Assembly: GCA_963719225.1 (NCBI GenBank)
Contig: CAVRAY010000001.1
Coordinates: 3,520,001-3,584,000, forward strand
DNA from: Thermoanaerobaculia bacterium
Lineage (GTDB): Bacteria > Acidobacteriota > Thermoanaerobaculia > UBA5066
Direction of reading: 5' to 3'
DNA: 64,000 nt
A program made the position numbers and the translations under genes. The notes beneath the pieces are model-generated. The model did no database searches. It was not told the DNA's origin and worked only from the letters and a program-made list of their open reading frames with translations. Positions 9,320 through 19,496 of the stretch are shown one piece after another; within the stretch, counting starts at the first letter, position 1, and the number at the start of each line of letters is the position of its first letter.

Positions 9320-10069
9320 ATGACGTTCAAGCAGCTCTTCCGCTCGACACTCTTCGTCCTGTTCGCGGCTGCGCCCGCCTTCGCGCAGCCGTGCCCCTGC
9401 CCGGAGCCCCCTCCCCCGGCTCTGCAGGGCTCGCTGAGCGCGGGACTCTCGATCACGAGCGGAAACACGGACACGAGCGCCTTCAACCTCGCTTTCAACC
9501 TCGTCTACGACCCGAAGACGCACGGCGTCTTCAAGGCTGACGCCTTCTATCTGCGCTCGACGACGAACGGCGACACCACGACCGACAAGGCCGCGGCGGC
9601 CCTTCGCTACGAGTACGCGCTGACGGACCGGATCTACGGATTCGCGCAGGTCGGCTACCAGCGCGACCGGTTCAAGAACGTGACGTACCTCTTCACGCCG
9701 ATGGCCGGCGGCGGCTACTACTTCCTGAAGCAGCCGAACCTCGAGCTGGGCGCCGACGTCTCGATCGGCGGCGCCTTCGAGAAGGACAGCGGATTCGACT
9801 CGAGCAACAGCGGGGCATTCTCGGTCGGGCAGGGGTTTCTCTGGAAGATCTCCCCGGTCGCGACGTTCACCGAGAAGGCGAGCGGCCTCTGGAAGACGAG
9901 CTCCGTCTCGGACGCCTTCTACCACTTCGAGATGAGCCTCGCGGCTTCCGTCACGAAGAAATCCGAGCTGAAGATCACGTACCTCGTCGACATCAAGGCC
10001 AAGCCGAATCCGGACACCCTCGAGAAAACCGACACGGCGCTCATCGCCGCCTTCGTTTTCAAGTTCTGA
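9320..10069 (+). CDS. DUF481/YdiY-like outer-membrane beta-barrel protein
   Basis: Signal peptide, TSGNTDT, YQRDRF, terminal Phe. Confidence 0.8.
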   Translation: MTFKQLFRSTLFVLFAAAPAFAQPCPCPEPPPPALQGSLSAGLSITSGNTDTSAFNLAFNLVYDPKTHGVFKADAFYLRSTTNGDTTTDKAAAALRYEYALTDRIYGFAQVGYQRDRFKNVTYLFTPMAGGGYYFLKQPNLELGADVSIGGAFEKDSGFDSSNSGAFSVGQGFLWKISPVATFTEKASGLWKTSSVSDAFYHFEMSLAASVTKKSELKITYLVDIKAKPNPDTLEKTDTALIAAFVFKF

Positions 10070-10083
10070 CCGATACTGGGGCC

Positions 10084-12573
10084 ATGCTCCCCGGCCGTCC
10101 CGCGAAGGATGTCAACGCGGACGACGTCGTCCTCGGCCTCGACGCCGCGTCGATCCGGCGCTCGTTCGTCGAGAAGCTCTTTTTCGAGGTCGCCAAGTTC
10201 CCGGGCGTCGCGACGCGTAACGATCACTATCTCGCGCTCGCGCGGGCGGTGCGCGACCGCATCCTGCACCGCTGGATCCGCTCCGCGCGTACGTACCTCG
10301 AAGAGCAGCACAGGACCGTCATCTATCTCTCCGCCGAGTACCTGATGGGACCCCAGCTGGGACACAACCTCCTGAACCTCGGCATCGAGGTTCCGACCCG
10401 TCAGGCCATGGAGTCCCTGGGCCTCGACCTCGACGAGCTCATCGAGCACGAAGAGGAGCCCGGCCTCGGCAACGGCGGCCTGGGACGCCTCGCGGCCTGC
10501 TTCATGGACTCCCTGGCGACTCTCGACTTCCCGGCCATCGGCCACGGGATCCGCTACGAATTCGGCATCTTCGATCAGGAGATCCGGGACGGCTGGCAGG
10601 TGGAGCGCACCGACCGCTGGCTGCGGCTCGGCAACCCATGGGAGGTCCGCCGCTACGAGATCGAGCACACCGTCGGGTTCGGCGGGCGCACGGAGGTGTT
10701 CGTGGATCCCGCCGGCCGTTCCCGCACGAGGTGGATCCCCGCCCGCGTCGTGCACGGCGTGCCTTACGACACCCCGGTCGTGGGTTACCGGACGGTGACG
10801 ACGAACTTCCTCCGCCTGTGGACGGCCGTCGCCGCGGAGGAGTTCGATCTCGGCGCATTCCAGGTTGGCGAGTACTGGCGCGCGGTCGACGAGAAGATCC
10901 GGAGCGAGAACATCACCAAGGTCGTCTATCCGAACGACGCCTCGACGGCCGGGAAGCAGCTGAGGCTCGAGCAGGAGTACTTCTTCGTGTCCTGCGCCCT
11001 GCAGGACTGCATCCGGCTGCTGCTCCAGCGCACGACGATCGACAAATTCGCCGAGAAATTCGCGGTCCAGCTCAACGACACCCACCCGACGCTCGCGATC
11101 CCGGAGCTCATGCGGCTCCTCATGGACGAGCATGGCCTCGGCTGGGAGGAGGCGTGGTCCATCGCTTCCCGCTCCTTCAACTACACGAATCACACGCTCC
11201 TGCCCGAGGCGCTCGAGACGTGGCCGCTCCCGCTGTTCCAGAGCCTGCTGCCGCGGCACCTCGAGATCGTCTACGAGATCAACCGGCGTTTCCTCGACGA
11301 GGTGCGGGCACGCTTTCCGGGGGAGGACGGGCGCCTCGCGGCGCTCAGCCTGATCGACGAGCGCGGCGAAAAGAGCGTGCGCATGGCAAACCTCGCAACG
11401 GTCGCGAGCCGGAAGGTGAACGGCGTCGCGGCTCTGCACTCGCGGCTCCTGCGCGAGACCGTCCTCGACGCATTTGCCGGGCTGTGGCCCGGGCGCTTCA
11501 CGAACGTCACGAACGGCGTGACACCGAGGCGGTTCGTCGCCCTCGCCAACCCGCGCCTGTCGTCGCTCATCACGGAGGCGATCGGCGACGGCTGGCTCAC
11601 GGATCTCGAGCGCCTCGCCGGCCTGGAACGCCTCGTCGGCGACGCCGGGTTCCGGGAGCGCTGGCGGGTCGTGAAGCAGGCCAACAAGGAGCGTTTCGTC
11701 GGATGGATCCGCGACACGATGGGCCGGGACGTGGACCCTTCCACGCTCTTCGACGCGCAATGCAAGCGCATTCACGAGTACAAGAGGCAGCAGCTCAACC
11801 TGCTGCACGTCGGCTGGCTCTACCAGCGCATCCTTCGCGGAGACGTCGCGGGGATCGCGCCGAGGACCTTCCTCTTCTCGGGCAAGGCGGCGCCTTCGTA
11901 TCAAATGGCGAAGCTGATCATCCGTCTCGCGAGCGCCTTCGGAGAGACGATCGCGCGGCATCCCGTCGCGAAGGACCTCCTCGCGGTCGTGTTCGTTCCC
12001 GACTTCAACGTGAAAAACGCCCAGCGCATCTATCCGGCCGCCGACCTGTCGGAGCAGATCTCCACCGCCGGCAAGGAAGCCTCCGGCACCGGGAACATGA
12101 AGTTCGCGATGAACGGCGCGCTGACGATCGGCACCCTCGACGGCGCGAACGTGGAGATCCGCGAGGCCGTCGGCGCGGAGAACTTCTTTCTTTTCGGCCT
12201 GACCGCGGCCGAGGTGGAGGATCGCGTGCGCCGGGGTTACCACCCGCGCGCGATCGCGGAGGCGGATCCCGAGCTTCTCGGCGTCCTCTCGCTCGTCGAC
12301 TCCGGCCATTTCGCTCCGGACGAAACGGGCCTCTTCGCCCCTCTCGTCCGCGACCTCCTGGAACGCGACCCCTTCCTGGTGCTGGCCGACTTTCGCGCCT
12401 ACGTCGAATGCCAGGAGCGCGTCTCGAGGGCGTGGGCCGACGTCGTCGGGTGGACGAGCGCCTCGATCCTCAACGTCGCGCGCATGGGACGCTTCAGCTC
12501 GGACCGGTCGATTCGCGACTACGTCCGCGACGTCTGGCACGTGAGGCCCGTGAAGCTCGCTCCCGTGACGTGA
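10084..12573 (+). CDS. glgP: Glycogen/starch/maltodextrin phosphorylase
   Basis: GLGNGGLGRLAACF, QLNDTHP, KRIHEYKRQ, EASGTGNMKF. Confidence 0.97.
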   Translation: MLPGRPAKDVNADDVVLGLDAASIRRSFVEKLFFEVAKFPGVATRNDHYLALARAVRDRILHRWIRSARTYLEEQHRTVIYLSAEYLMGPQLGHNLLNLGIEVPTRQAMESLGLDLDELIEHEEEPGLGNGGLGRLAACFMDSLATLDFPAIGHGIRYEFGIFDQEIRDGWQVERTDRWLRLGNPWEVRRYEIEHTVGFGGRTEVFVDPAGRSRTRWIPARVVHGVPYDTPVVGYRTVTTNFLRLWTAVAAEEFDLGAFQVGEYWRAVDEKIRSENITKVVYPNDASTAGKQLRLEQEYFFVSCALQDCIRLLLQRTTIDKFAEKFAVQLNDTHPTLAIPELMRLLMDEHGLGWEEAWSIASRSFNYTNHTLLPEALETWPLPLFQSLLPRHLEIVYEINRRFLDEVRARFPGEDGRLAALSLIDERGEKSVRMANLATVASRKVNGVAALHSRLLRETVLDAFAGLWPGRFTNVTNGVTPRRFVALANPRLSSLITEAIGDGWLTDLERLAGLERLVGDAGFRERWRVVKQANKERFVGWIRDTMGRDVDPSTLFDAQCKRIHEYKRQQLNLLHVGWLYQRILRGDVAGIAPRTFLFSGKAAPSYQMAKLIIRLASAFGETIARHPVAKDLLAVVFVPDFNVKNAQRIYPAADLSEQISTAGKEASGTGNMKFAMNGALTIGTLDGANVEIREAVGAENFFLFGLTAAEVEDRVRRGYHPRAIAEADPELLGVLSLVDSGHFAPDETGLFAPLVRDLLERDPFLVLADFRAYVECQERVSRAWADVVGWTSASILNVARMGRFSSDRSIRDYVRDVWHVRPVKLAPVT

Positions 12574-12595
12574 GTCCGCCTCTACGAAGGCGCCG

Positions 12596-14908
12596 TCACG
12601 ACCCCGAGGGTGCCGTCGCGTCCTCGAAGTGATCGAGGATCGAGAGCTCGCGGCGCGCCGGCTCAAACCCAGGATCCAGGGTCAGGGTCTCCCGGAACCG
12701 TTCGCGAGCCTCGGAAAAGCGGCCGTAGCGGCGCAACGCGCGCCCGAGACGAAAGCGCGCGCCCGCGGACGCGGGCTCGTCCCGCGAGGCTTTTTCGTAT
12801 GCGGGAAGAATCGAGTCTTCCAGTCCGAGCGGATCCTCGTGGAGGGAAAAAGCCGCTTCCGCGTGCGCGATCGCTCCCGGAACGTCGCCGGCGCGGAACG
12901 ACGCGGCGGCCGCGTAAAGACGCGAACGCCGGAAATCCGGGAGCCATTCGGCGACGCGGCCGTGCCAGAGCGCGGCTTCCGGCCCGTATCCCCGCTCGAG
13001 GCAGGCTTGCCCCAGCGCAAAGGCCGCGTCGACATCGGGCCTCTCGGCGAACAGTTCCTGGCGCGCGGCCGCCGCATCTTCCGGGCGACCCGACTCGTCG
13101 AGGAGGAGGCTCAGGTGCGCGAGCGACGAAGCGTCCCCGGGGGCCGCCCGAAGGGCAGAACGGAAGAGACGCTCCGCCTCCTGCCTTTCTCCCCCGGCGC
13201 GCTCCACGATTCTCGCGAGATAGTAGGCGGGCGCCGGCGCGCACCGGCCGCCGCGGTCGAACCGACCGCCCGCCTTCTCCAGCCCGGTGAAGACCATTCG
13301 CGCCGCGTCGAGATCGCCTCCTCCGTAAAGGAGGAGCCCGAGGTCGAAGAGCCGGTCCCGCGTCGTCCGGCCGGCGGCGATCTCGGCCCGCGCGGCCCCG
13401 AGCGACGCCGCGATCGGGCCGCCCGGGCGATACGGAAGGTTCGCGAGCGTCATCTCCTCCGCGGAAAACGGAGCTTCCGCGACGGCGCGGGCGACGACCG
13501 CAGCCGCCGCCACCCTCGAGCCACGGTTCCTCAAGTTCGCGGCCTCCGCGCGCAGGAGCGAGGCCGAGTACTGCGCGAAGAAGCCGTGACGCAGGGTCGC
13601 TTCCGCGTCCGTCGGAAGCTGAAGGAGCGCGAACAGGGCCGCGACTGCCAGAGCCCCGGCGCCGACGGGGCGCCACGCACGGCCGGCGAATCCGCGGCGA
13701 AGCGCGTCGAGCGCCGCACAGGCGAAGAAGGCCGCAAACGGCACGAGAGGCGCTCGCATTCGCGTGTTGACGTAGAACACGAGGACGCTCGCCGCGCCGG
13801 CGGCCCCCCACGCGAGAAGCGGCAGGACGTCCGCGACCCGATGCCGCAGGGACCACAGACCCACGACGCCGAGCGACACGAGGAGAGAGAAGGGGATGAG
13901 CGGGACGTGCGCGGCGCGCAGATTTCGCTCGAGCTCGAACGCGGCGATGGAGTCCGGCGGTTCCCAGGCCCGGCAAAGAAGACCGAGCTTCTCGCCGGCG
14001 AGGCGGAACGCCTCCGCCGGATGGCGGCGAAGAAACGCGATGGCCTTCTTCGACCAGTACCGGCTCGCCTCGCTCGCGGATACGGAGTGACCGAGGGCGA
14101 CGGCGGAGAATCTCTTGTAGAGAACGTGCGACCAGTCCGGCTCCTTCGGCCCGAACTCCTCCAACTCCTTGAGGAGCGGCGAATCGGCGAAGGTTCCGCG
14201 GCTCGCCGGATTATTCGAGCCGTAAAGGGTCGGGCCGGGGTCCATGACGGTCGGATCGAGCCGGCCCGTCAGCGCGCGGTTGCGAATGGACACGAGCCCG
14301 AGGAAGAAGACCGGGGTTGCGGCGACGAGAATCGCCGCCTTCCACGCGCGGCGCCCTTCGACCGCGACGAGAGCGGCCGCGAGCGCAAACGCGAGGACGA
14401 GCGCCGTGGGACGCGTCGAGGCGGAGAGGCCGAGGAAGAGCGAGGAGACAACGAGGTGCCGGAGGCGGCGCGTCCGGCGGTAGGAGACGAGCCCGAGAAG
14501 AGCCGCGACGTCGAAGAGCACGCGCCAGACCTCGGGCAGGAGGAGATGCGACAGGAGCAGCGGGGCCGGGCTGAGGACCAGGAGAACCGTACCTGCGAGA
14601 GCGACCCGGGACGGGAAGAACTCCAGGCAGAGGCGCGCGAAAAGGGCCGCCGTCAGTGCGGTCGCGAGGATCTCCACCGCGTGGAGGAAAGCGGCGTACG
14701 AAAGACCCGTTCGTGCGAGCAGGAGATGCAGATGGAAATAGAACGGCGAGAAATCCGGTATCCGGGAGGACTCGAGGCGGCCCGCCGCCCGGAGCGACGC
14801 GGCGGTGAGATAGATCGGGAAGGGTCGAAACGGAATTGACGCCCAGATGGCGAAGTGCAGCACGGCGGTGCCGCAGAAAACCGCGACCGGGAGCCGCCGC
14901 GAAGGCAT
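12596..14908 (-). CDS. GT-C (PMT/ArnT-like) membrane glycosyltransferase with C-terminal TPR repeats
   Basis: Multiple TM helices, LGLSASTRP, RNR, R.R.P motifs; Ala-rich TPR-like C-terminus. Confidence 0.7.
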   Translation of the reverse strand: MPSRRLPVAVFCGTAVLHFAIWASIPFRPFPIYLTAASLRAAGRLESSRIPDFSPFYFHLHLLLARTGLSYAAFLHAVEILATALTAALFARLCLEFFPSRVALAGTVLLVLSPAPLLLSHLLLPEVWRVLFDVAALLGLVSYRRTRRLRHLVVSSLFLGLSASTRPTALVLAFALAAALVAVEGRRAWKAAILVAATPVFFLGLVSIRNRALTGRLDPTVMDPGPTLYGSNNPASRGTFADSPLLKELEEFGPKEPDWSHVLYKRFSAVALGHSVSASEASRYWSKKAIAFLRRHPAEAFRLAGEKLGLLCRAWEPPDSIAAFELERNLRAAHVPLIPFSLLVSLGVVGLWSLRHRVADVLPLLAWGAAGAASVLVFYVNTRMRAPLVPFAAFFACAALDALRRGFAGRAWRPVGAGALAVAALFALLQLPTDAEATLRHGFFAQYSASLLRAEAANLRNRGSRVAAAAVVARAVAEAPFSAEEMTLANLPYRPGGPIAASLGAARAEIAAGRTTRDRLFDLGLLLYGGGDLDAARMVFTGLEKAGGRFDRGGRCAPAPAYYLARIVERAGGERQEAERLFRSALRAAPGDASSLAHLSLLLDESGRPEDAAAARQELFAERPDVDAAFALGQACLERGYGPEAALWHGRVAEWLPDFRRSRLYAAAASFRAGDVPGAIAHAEAAFSLHEDPLGLEDSILPAYEKASRDEPASAGARFRLGRALRRYGRFSEARERFRETLTLDPGFEPARRELSILDHFEDATAPSGS

Positions 14909-14929
14909 GGGTCGCAGGGTACCAGCAGC

Positions 14930-17900
14930 TCAGGGCGCGACGGCGGGCAGCTCCCGCTCCTTCCAGAGCATGTAGATCGCGGGATAGACGAGGAGCTCCA
15001 GTGCGAACGACGTCACCAGGCCGCCGACCATCGGCGCCGCGATGCGCTTCATCAGGTCGGCGCCCGCGCCTGTCGACCACATGATCGGAATCAGGCCGAA
15101 GAACGCCGCGCAGACGGTCATGGCCTTGGGCCGCACCCTCTTGACGGCGCCGTGGATGATCGACTCGACGAGGTCGGAGCGATTGCGGAGCAGCCCTTTC
15201 TCCTTCGCCTCGGCGTGCGCGAGGTCGAGGAACAGGAGCATGAAGATGCCCGTCTCCGCGTCGAGGCCCATGAGCGCGATCATGCCGACCCAGACCGCGA
15301 TCGACATGTTGTAGCCGAGGAGGTAAAGGAACCACACGGCGCCGATGATCGAGAACGGCACGGCGAGGAGGACGATCATCGTCTTCATCGCGGACTTCGT
15401 GTTCGCGTACATGAGGAGCCAGATGAGGACCAGCGTGACCGGGATGACGACCTTGAGCCGCTCCTTGACGCGGAGCATGTTCTCGAACTGGCCGCTCCAG
15501 ACGAGCGCGTAGCCGGGCGGAAGCTTGACGTTCCGGACGACGGCCTGCTTCGCCTTCTCGACGTAGCCCCCGATGTCCTCCTTCGACGTGTCGAAGTCGA
15601 CGTACACGTAACCCGATAGGAGGCCGTTCTCGTTCCGGATCATGGCGGGCCCCCGCAGCTGGCGGATGGCCGCGAGCTGGCCGAGCGGCACCTGGGTGCC
15701 GGACTTCGTCGTGACGAGGACGCGGGCGAGCCGGTCGAGATCCTCGCGCAGCTCGCGCGGGTAGCGCACGTTGACCGAGTAGCGCTCCTGCCCCTTGATG
15801 ATCGTCGTGACGGTCTCGCCCCCGATCGCCGTCATGATGACCGCGTTCGCGTCGTCCACGGTGAGGCCGTAACGGGCGAGCGCGTCCCGGTCGAGGTCGA
15901 AGTCGATGAAGTAGCCTCCGGCGACGCGCTCGGAGAAGACGGACCGCGTGCCCGGGACGGCCTTCACGGCCGCCTCGACCTCGGCGCCGATGCGCTCGAT
16001 CTCCCCGAGGCTCGCGCCGAACACCTTGATCCCGACCGGCGTCCGGATGCCGGTCGAGAGCATGTCGATCCGGTTCTTGATCGGCATCGTCCACGCGTTC
16101 GTGGTCCCGGGGATCTTCAGCGCCCGGTCCATCTCGTCCACGAGCTCGTCGTGCGAGATGTGGTCCTTCCACACGTGGCTGAGGGCGCCGGCGAGCCAAC
16201 GCGGCGCCCAGGACGAATACCAGCGGTCCTTCTTCCGCCACTCGCTCTCCGGCTTCAGGAGGACCGTCGTCTCCATCATCGAGAGCGGCGCCGGATCCGT
16301 CGACGTGTCTGCGCGTCCGGCCTTGCCGAACACGCGCTCGACCTCCGGGAAGGACGTCAGGACCCGGTCCTGGACCTGCAGCAGCCGCTCGGCCTCCGTC
16401 ACCGAGATCCCCGGCAGCGTCGTCGGCATGTAGAGGATCGAGCCCTCGTAGAGCGGCGGCATGAATTCCGACCCGAGCTTCAGGAAGACCGGGACCGTGG
16501 AGACCATCGCGAGGACGGCGATCGCGATCGTCGTCTTCGGATGCCGCAGGACGGCGCGGCAGGGGCGCTCGTACAACCGGTGGAGGATCACGCTGATGGG
16601 ATGTTTCTCTTCGGCGTAGTACTTCCCCACGGTGACCTGGTTGACGAGCCAGGCGAGCCACTTCGGACGGAACGAGAACCCGTCCATCCGCGCGAACAGC
16701 ATCCGGATCGCCGGATCGAGCGTGATGGCCAGGCAGGCCGCGATCGCCATCGCGAGGTTCTTCGAGTACGCGAGCGGCTTGAAGAGCCTGCCTTCCTGGT
16801 CCACGAGCGTGAAGACCGGCAGGAACGCGACCGCGATGACGAGGAGCGAGAAGAAGACGGACGGGCCGACCTCCATGAGCGCCTCGAGCCGGACCTTGTG
16901 GAAATCCCCGGGCCGCCCACCGTCGTTCCACAGCTGGAGCTTCTTGTAAGCGTTCTCGACCTCCACGATCGCGCCGTCCACGAGGATGCCGATCGAGATC
17001 GCGATGCCGCCGAGCGACATGATGTTGATGTTCAGGCCCATCGCGTTGAACGGGATGAACGCGAGAACGATGGAGATCGGAATCGTGACGATGGGAACGA
17101 TCGCGCTCGGGACGTGCCAGAGGAACACGAGGATCACGAGCGACACGACGACGATCTCCTCGATCAGCTTCGAGCGGAGCGTGTCGACGGAGCGCTTGAT
17201 CAGGTCGGACCGGTCGTAGGTCGTCACGACCTTCACGCCCGGCGGGAGCGACGGCTCGATCTCCTTCAGCCGGGCCTTCACGCGGTCGATGACGTCGAGC
17301 GCGTTCTCGCCGCTGCGCATCACGACGATGCCGCTCACGGCGTCGCCCTTCCCGTCGAGATCGGTGATCCCCCTCCGGATCTCGGGGCCGAGCGACACGC
17401 GTCCGATGTCCGCGACGGTCAGCGGCGTGCCCCTCTCGTTCGTCTTGACGACGATCTTCCCGATGTCCTCGATCGACTTGAGGTACCCGCGGCCGCGCAC
17501 CATGTATTCGCGCCCCGAGAACTCGATGAGGCGCCCGCCGATCTCGTTGTTGCTCTTGCGGATCGCCTCGACGACCGACTCGAGCGGCAGGCCGTACGCC
17601 GCGAGCGTATTCGGGTCCAGCGTCACCTGGTACTGTTTCTGGAAGCCGCCCACGGTCGCGACCTCCGCGACTCCCGGCACCGACTGCAGCGCGTACCTCA
17701 GGAACCAGTCCTGGTACGAGCGGATCTCGTCCGTCGCGTTCTTCCCGCTCGTGTCGACGAGCGCGTACTGGTAGATCCAGCCCACGCTCGTGGCGTCCGG
17801 TCCAAGCTCGGTCCTCACGCCGGCGGGGAGGTGCGACTGGATCTTCGAGAGGTACTCCAGGACGCGCGAGCGCGCCCAGTAGATGTCCGTACCGTCCTCG

Positions 17901-18187
17901 AAGATCACGTAGACGTACGAGAAGCCGAAGTCCGAAAAGCCCCGGATCGTCTTCACCTTCGGCGCGCCGAGGAGAGCCGTCACGATCGGGTACGTGACCT
18001 GGTCCTCGAGGACGTCCGGGCTGCGGTCCCAGCGCGAGAAGACGATGACCTGCGTGTCCGAGAGGTCGGGAATCGCGTCCAGCGGCGTCCTCCGGATGAC
18101 GCCGATCGCGAGGACGATGATGATCGCGTAGAACGCGATCACGAGGAACTTGTTCTCGGCCGAGAACCGGATGATCCGTCGGATCAT
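14930..18187 (-). CDS. cusA: CusA/CzcA heavy-metal RND efflux pump
   Basis: PLDAIPDLSDTQV, MPIKNRIDMLSTGIRTP Met-rich segment, RVRPKAMT; start overlaps the MFP stop. Confidence 0.95.
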   Translation of the reverse strand: MIRRIIRFSAENKFLVIAFYAIIIVLAIGVIRRTPLDAIPDLSDTQVIVFSRWDRSPDVLEDQVTYPIVTALLGAPKVKTIRGFSDFGFSYVYVIFEDGTDIYWARSRVLEYLSKIQSHLPAGVRTELGPDATSVGWIYQYALVDTSGKNATDEIRSYQDWFLRYALQSVPGVAEVATVGGFQKQYQVTLDPNTLAAYGLPLESVVEAIRKSNNEIGGRLIEFSGREYMVRGRGYLKSIEDIGKIVVKTNERGTPLTVADIGRVSLGPEIRRGITDLDGKGDAVSGIVVMRSGENALDVIDRVKARLKEIEPSLPPGVKVVTTYDRSDLIKRSVDTLRSKLIEEIVVVSLVILVFLWHVPSAIVPIVTIPISIVLAFIPFNAMGLNINIMSLGGIAISIGILVDGAIVEVENAYKKLQLWNDGGRPGDFHKVRLEALMEVGPSVFFSLLVIAVAFLPVFTLVDQEGRLFKPLAYSKNLAMAIAACLAITLDPAIRMLFARMDGFSFRPKWLAWLVNQVTVGKYYAEEKHPISVILHRLYERPCRAVLRHPKTTIAIAVLAMVSTVPVFLKLGSEFMPPLYEGSILYMPTTLPGISVTEAERLLQVQDRVLTSFPEVERVFGKAGRADTSTDPAPLSMMETTVLLKPESEWRKKDRWYSSWAPRWLAGALSHVWKDHISHDELVDEMDRALKIPGTTNAWTMPIKNRIDMLSTGIRTPVGIKVFGASLGEIERIGAEVEAAVKAVPGTRSVFSERVAGGYFIDFDLDRDALARYGLTVDDANAVIMTAIGGETVTTIIKGQERYSVNVRYPRELREDLDRLARVLVTTKSGTQVPLGQLAAIRQLRGPAMIRNENGLLSGYVYVDFDTSKEDIGGYVEKAKQAVVRNVKLPPGYALVWSGQFENMLRVKERLKVVIPVTLVLIWLLMYANTKSAMKTMIVLLAVPFSIIGAVWFLYLLGYNMSIAVWVGMIALMGLDAETGIFMLLFLDLAHAEAKEKGLLRNRSDLVESIIHGAVKRVRPKAMTVCAAFFGLIPIMWSTGAGADLMKRIAAPMVGGLVTSFALELLVYPAIYMLWKERELPAVAP

Positions 18188-19485
18188 TTCGGAGCCCCCA
18201 TCGCCGAGATGGCGGCCTTCAGCCGCGACTCGGAGTCCACGAGGAAGTTCGCGCCCCTCACGACGACCTCGCCCTCCTTCAGGCCGGACCGGATCTCGAC
18301 GACGCCGGCGCCGTGATCCCCGACCGAGACCTCGCGCGGCACCAGCTTTCCCTCGCCCTGGACCACGAACGCGATGTTCCGGGTTCCACTCTCGAGAATC
18401 GCGCCATCCGGAACCTGCAGGACGTGCCGCATCGGCCCGTGGATCGTCACGTCGGCGAACATCTCGGGCTTCAGCTCCCCCTTCGGGTTGTCGAGCTCGA
18501 CGCGCACCTTCACGGTCCGCGTCTTCTCGTCGACGGACGGGTATATGAACGTCACGGTGCCGTTCCAGACGCGCCCGGGCCAGTATGAAAGCGTCACGGT
18601 CGCCTTCTGCCCCACGGAGAGTCGCGGTAGCTCGTACTCGTAGACGTCCGCGAGCACCCAGACGTGCGAGAGGTCGAGAATGTCGAAGAGCGTGTCGGAC
18701 GACGTCACCTTCATGCCGTGAAAGGCCGTGCGGGCCGTCACGTACCCCGAGATCGGCGCGTAGACCGGCAGGGCGCGGATCGGCTCGCCGTTCTTCTCGA
18801 TTCGCTCGATGTCGGCGGGCGTGATCTCCCAGAGGAGCAGGCGCTGGCGCGCGGCGGAGAGCAGATCCCGGCCGCCCTGCGCTGCAGACGCGACGCCCGA
18901 CGTGCCGAGCGCCTTCGACGCTTTGAGCGCGAGGAGGTACTCCTGCTCGGTCGCGTAGAGCTCTGGACTGTAGAGGAGAGCGAGGACCTCGCCCTTGTGG
19001 ACGTACTTGCCGGTGAAGTCGGCGGTCACGTGCTCGACGTAGGCCTCGTACCGCGTGTGGACGTGGTGGACCCGCCTCTCGTCCGCGGCGACGCGGCCCG
19101 ACGTCCGGATCGAGGTCGAAAAGGGCGCCCGTGCGACGACGACGGTCTTCAGCCCGAGGAGATTCTCCTTCCGCGCGTCCAGGGTTACGGTCGCGAGGCC
19201 GTCCGGACCCGGAGGCTCCAGAGCCACCGCCCCGGACGCGGTCGTGGACGAAGGCTGCTCGATCGGCACGAGCTTCATGCCGCAGATCGGACAGTCGCCG
19301 GGGGCGTCCTTGATGACCTGCGGATGCATCGGGCACTGCCACTTGCGGACGGTGCTCTTCGCCTCGACCCTTGCGGCGCCCGGCGCCGCCGATGGTTTCT
19401 CTCCGCAACCGTGGAGGGCGAGGACGGCCGCCGCCGCGAGGGCGAAGACGCAAAGGGAGCGTGGGATCATTCGAAGAAACGTCAT
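18184..19485 (-). CDS. cusB: CusB-type membrane fusion protein with heavy-metal-binding domain
   Basis: GGGAGA RBS; CPMHP..CPICGM.L domain; YSPEL, LKPEMF, FLVDSES. Confidence 0.92.
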   Translation of the reverse strand: MTFLRMIPRSLCVFALAAAAVLALHGCGEKPSAAPGAARVEAKSTVRKWQCPMHPQVIKDAPGDCPICGMKLVPIEQPSSTTASGAVALEPPGPDGLATVTLDARKENLLGLKTVVVARAPFSTSIRTSGRVAADERRVHHVHTRYEAYVEHVTADFTGKYVHKGEVLALLYSPELYATEQEYLLALKASKALGTSGVASAAQGGRDLLSAARQRLLLWEITPADIERIEKNGEPIRALPVYAPISGYVTARTAFHGMKVTSSDTLFDILDLSHVWVLADVYEYELPRLSVGQKATVTLSYWPGRVWNGTVTFIYPSVDEKTRTVKVRVELDNPKGELKPEMFADVTIHGPMRHVLQVPDGAILESGTRNIAFVVQGEGKLVPREVSVGDHGAGVVEIRSGLKEGEVVVRGANFLVDSESRLKAAISAMGAPK

Positions 19486-19496
19486 GGCGGTTCTCC

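Noticed and set aside
9919-14839. Long antisense or alternate-frame ORFs (e.g. 9919-12666 minus, 12629-14839 plus), and similar ones elsewhere
   Set aside because: Shadow ORFs typical of high-GC coding DNA; Arg/Pro/Gly-rich, without motifs, and overlapping well-supported genes.
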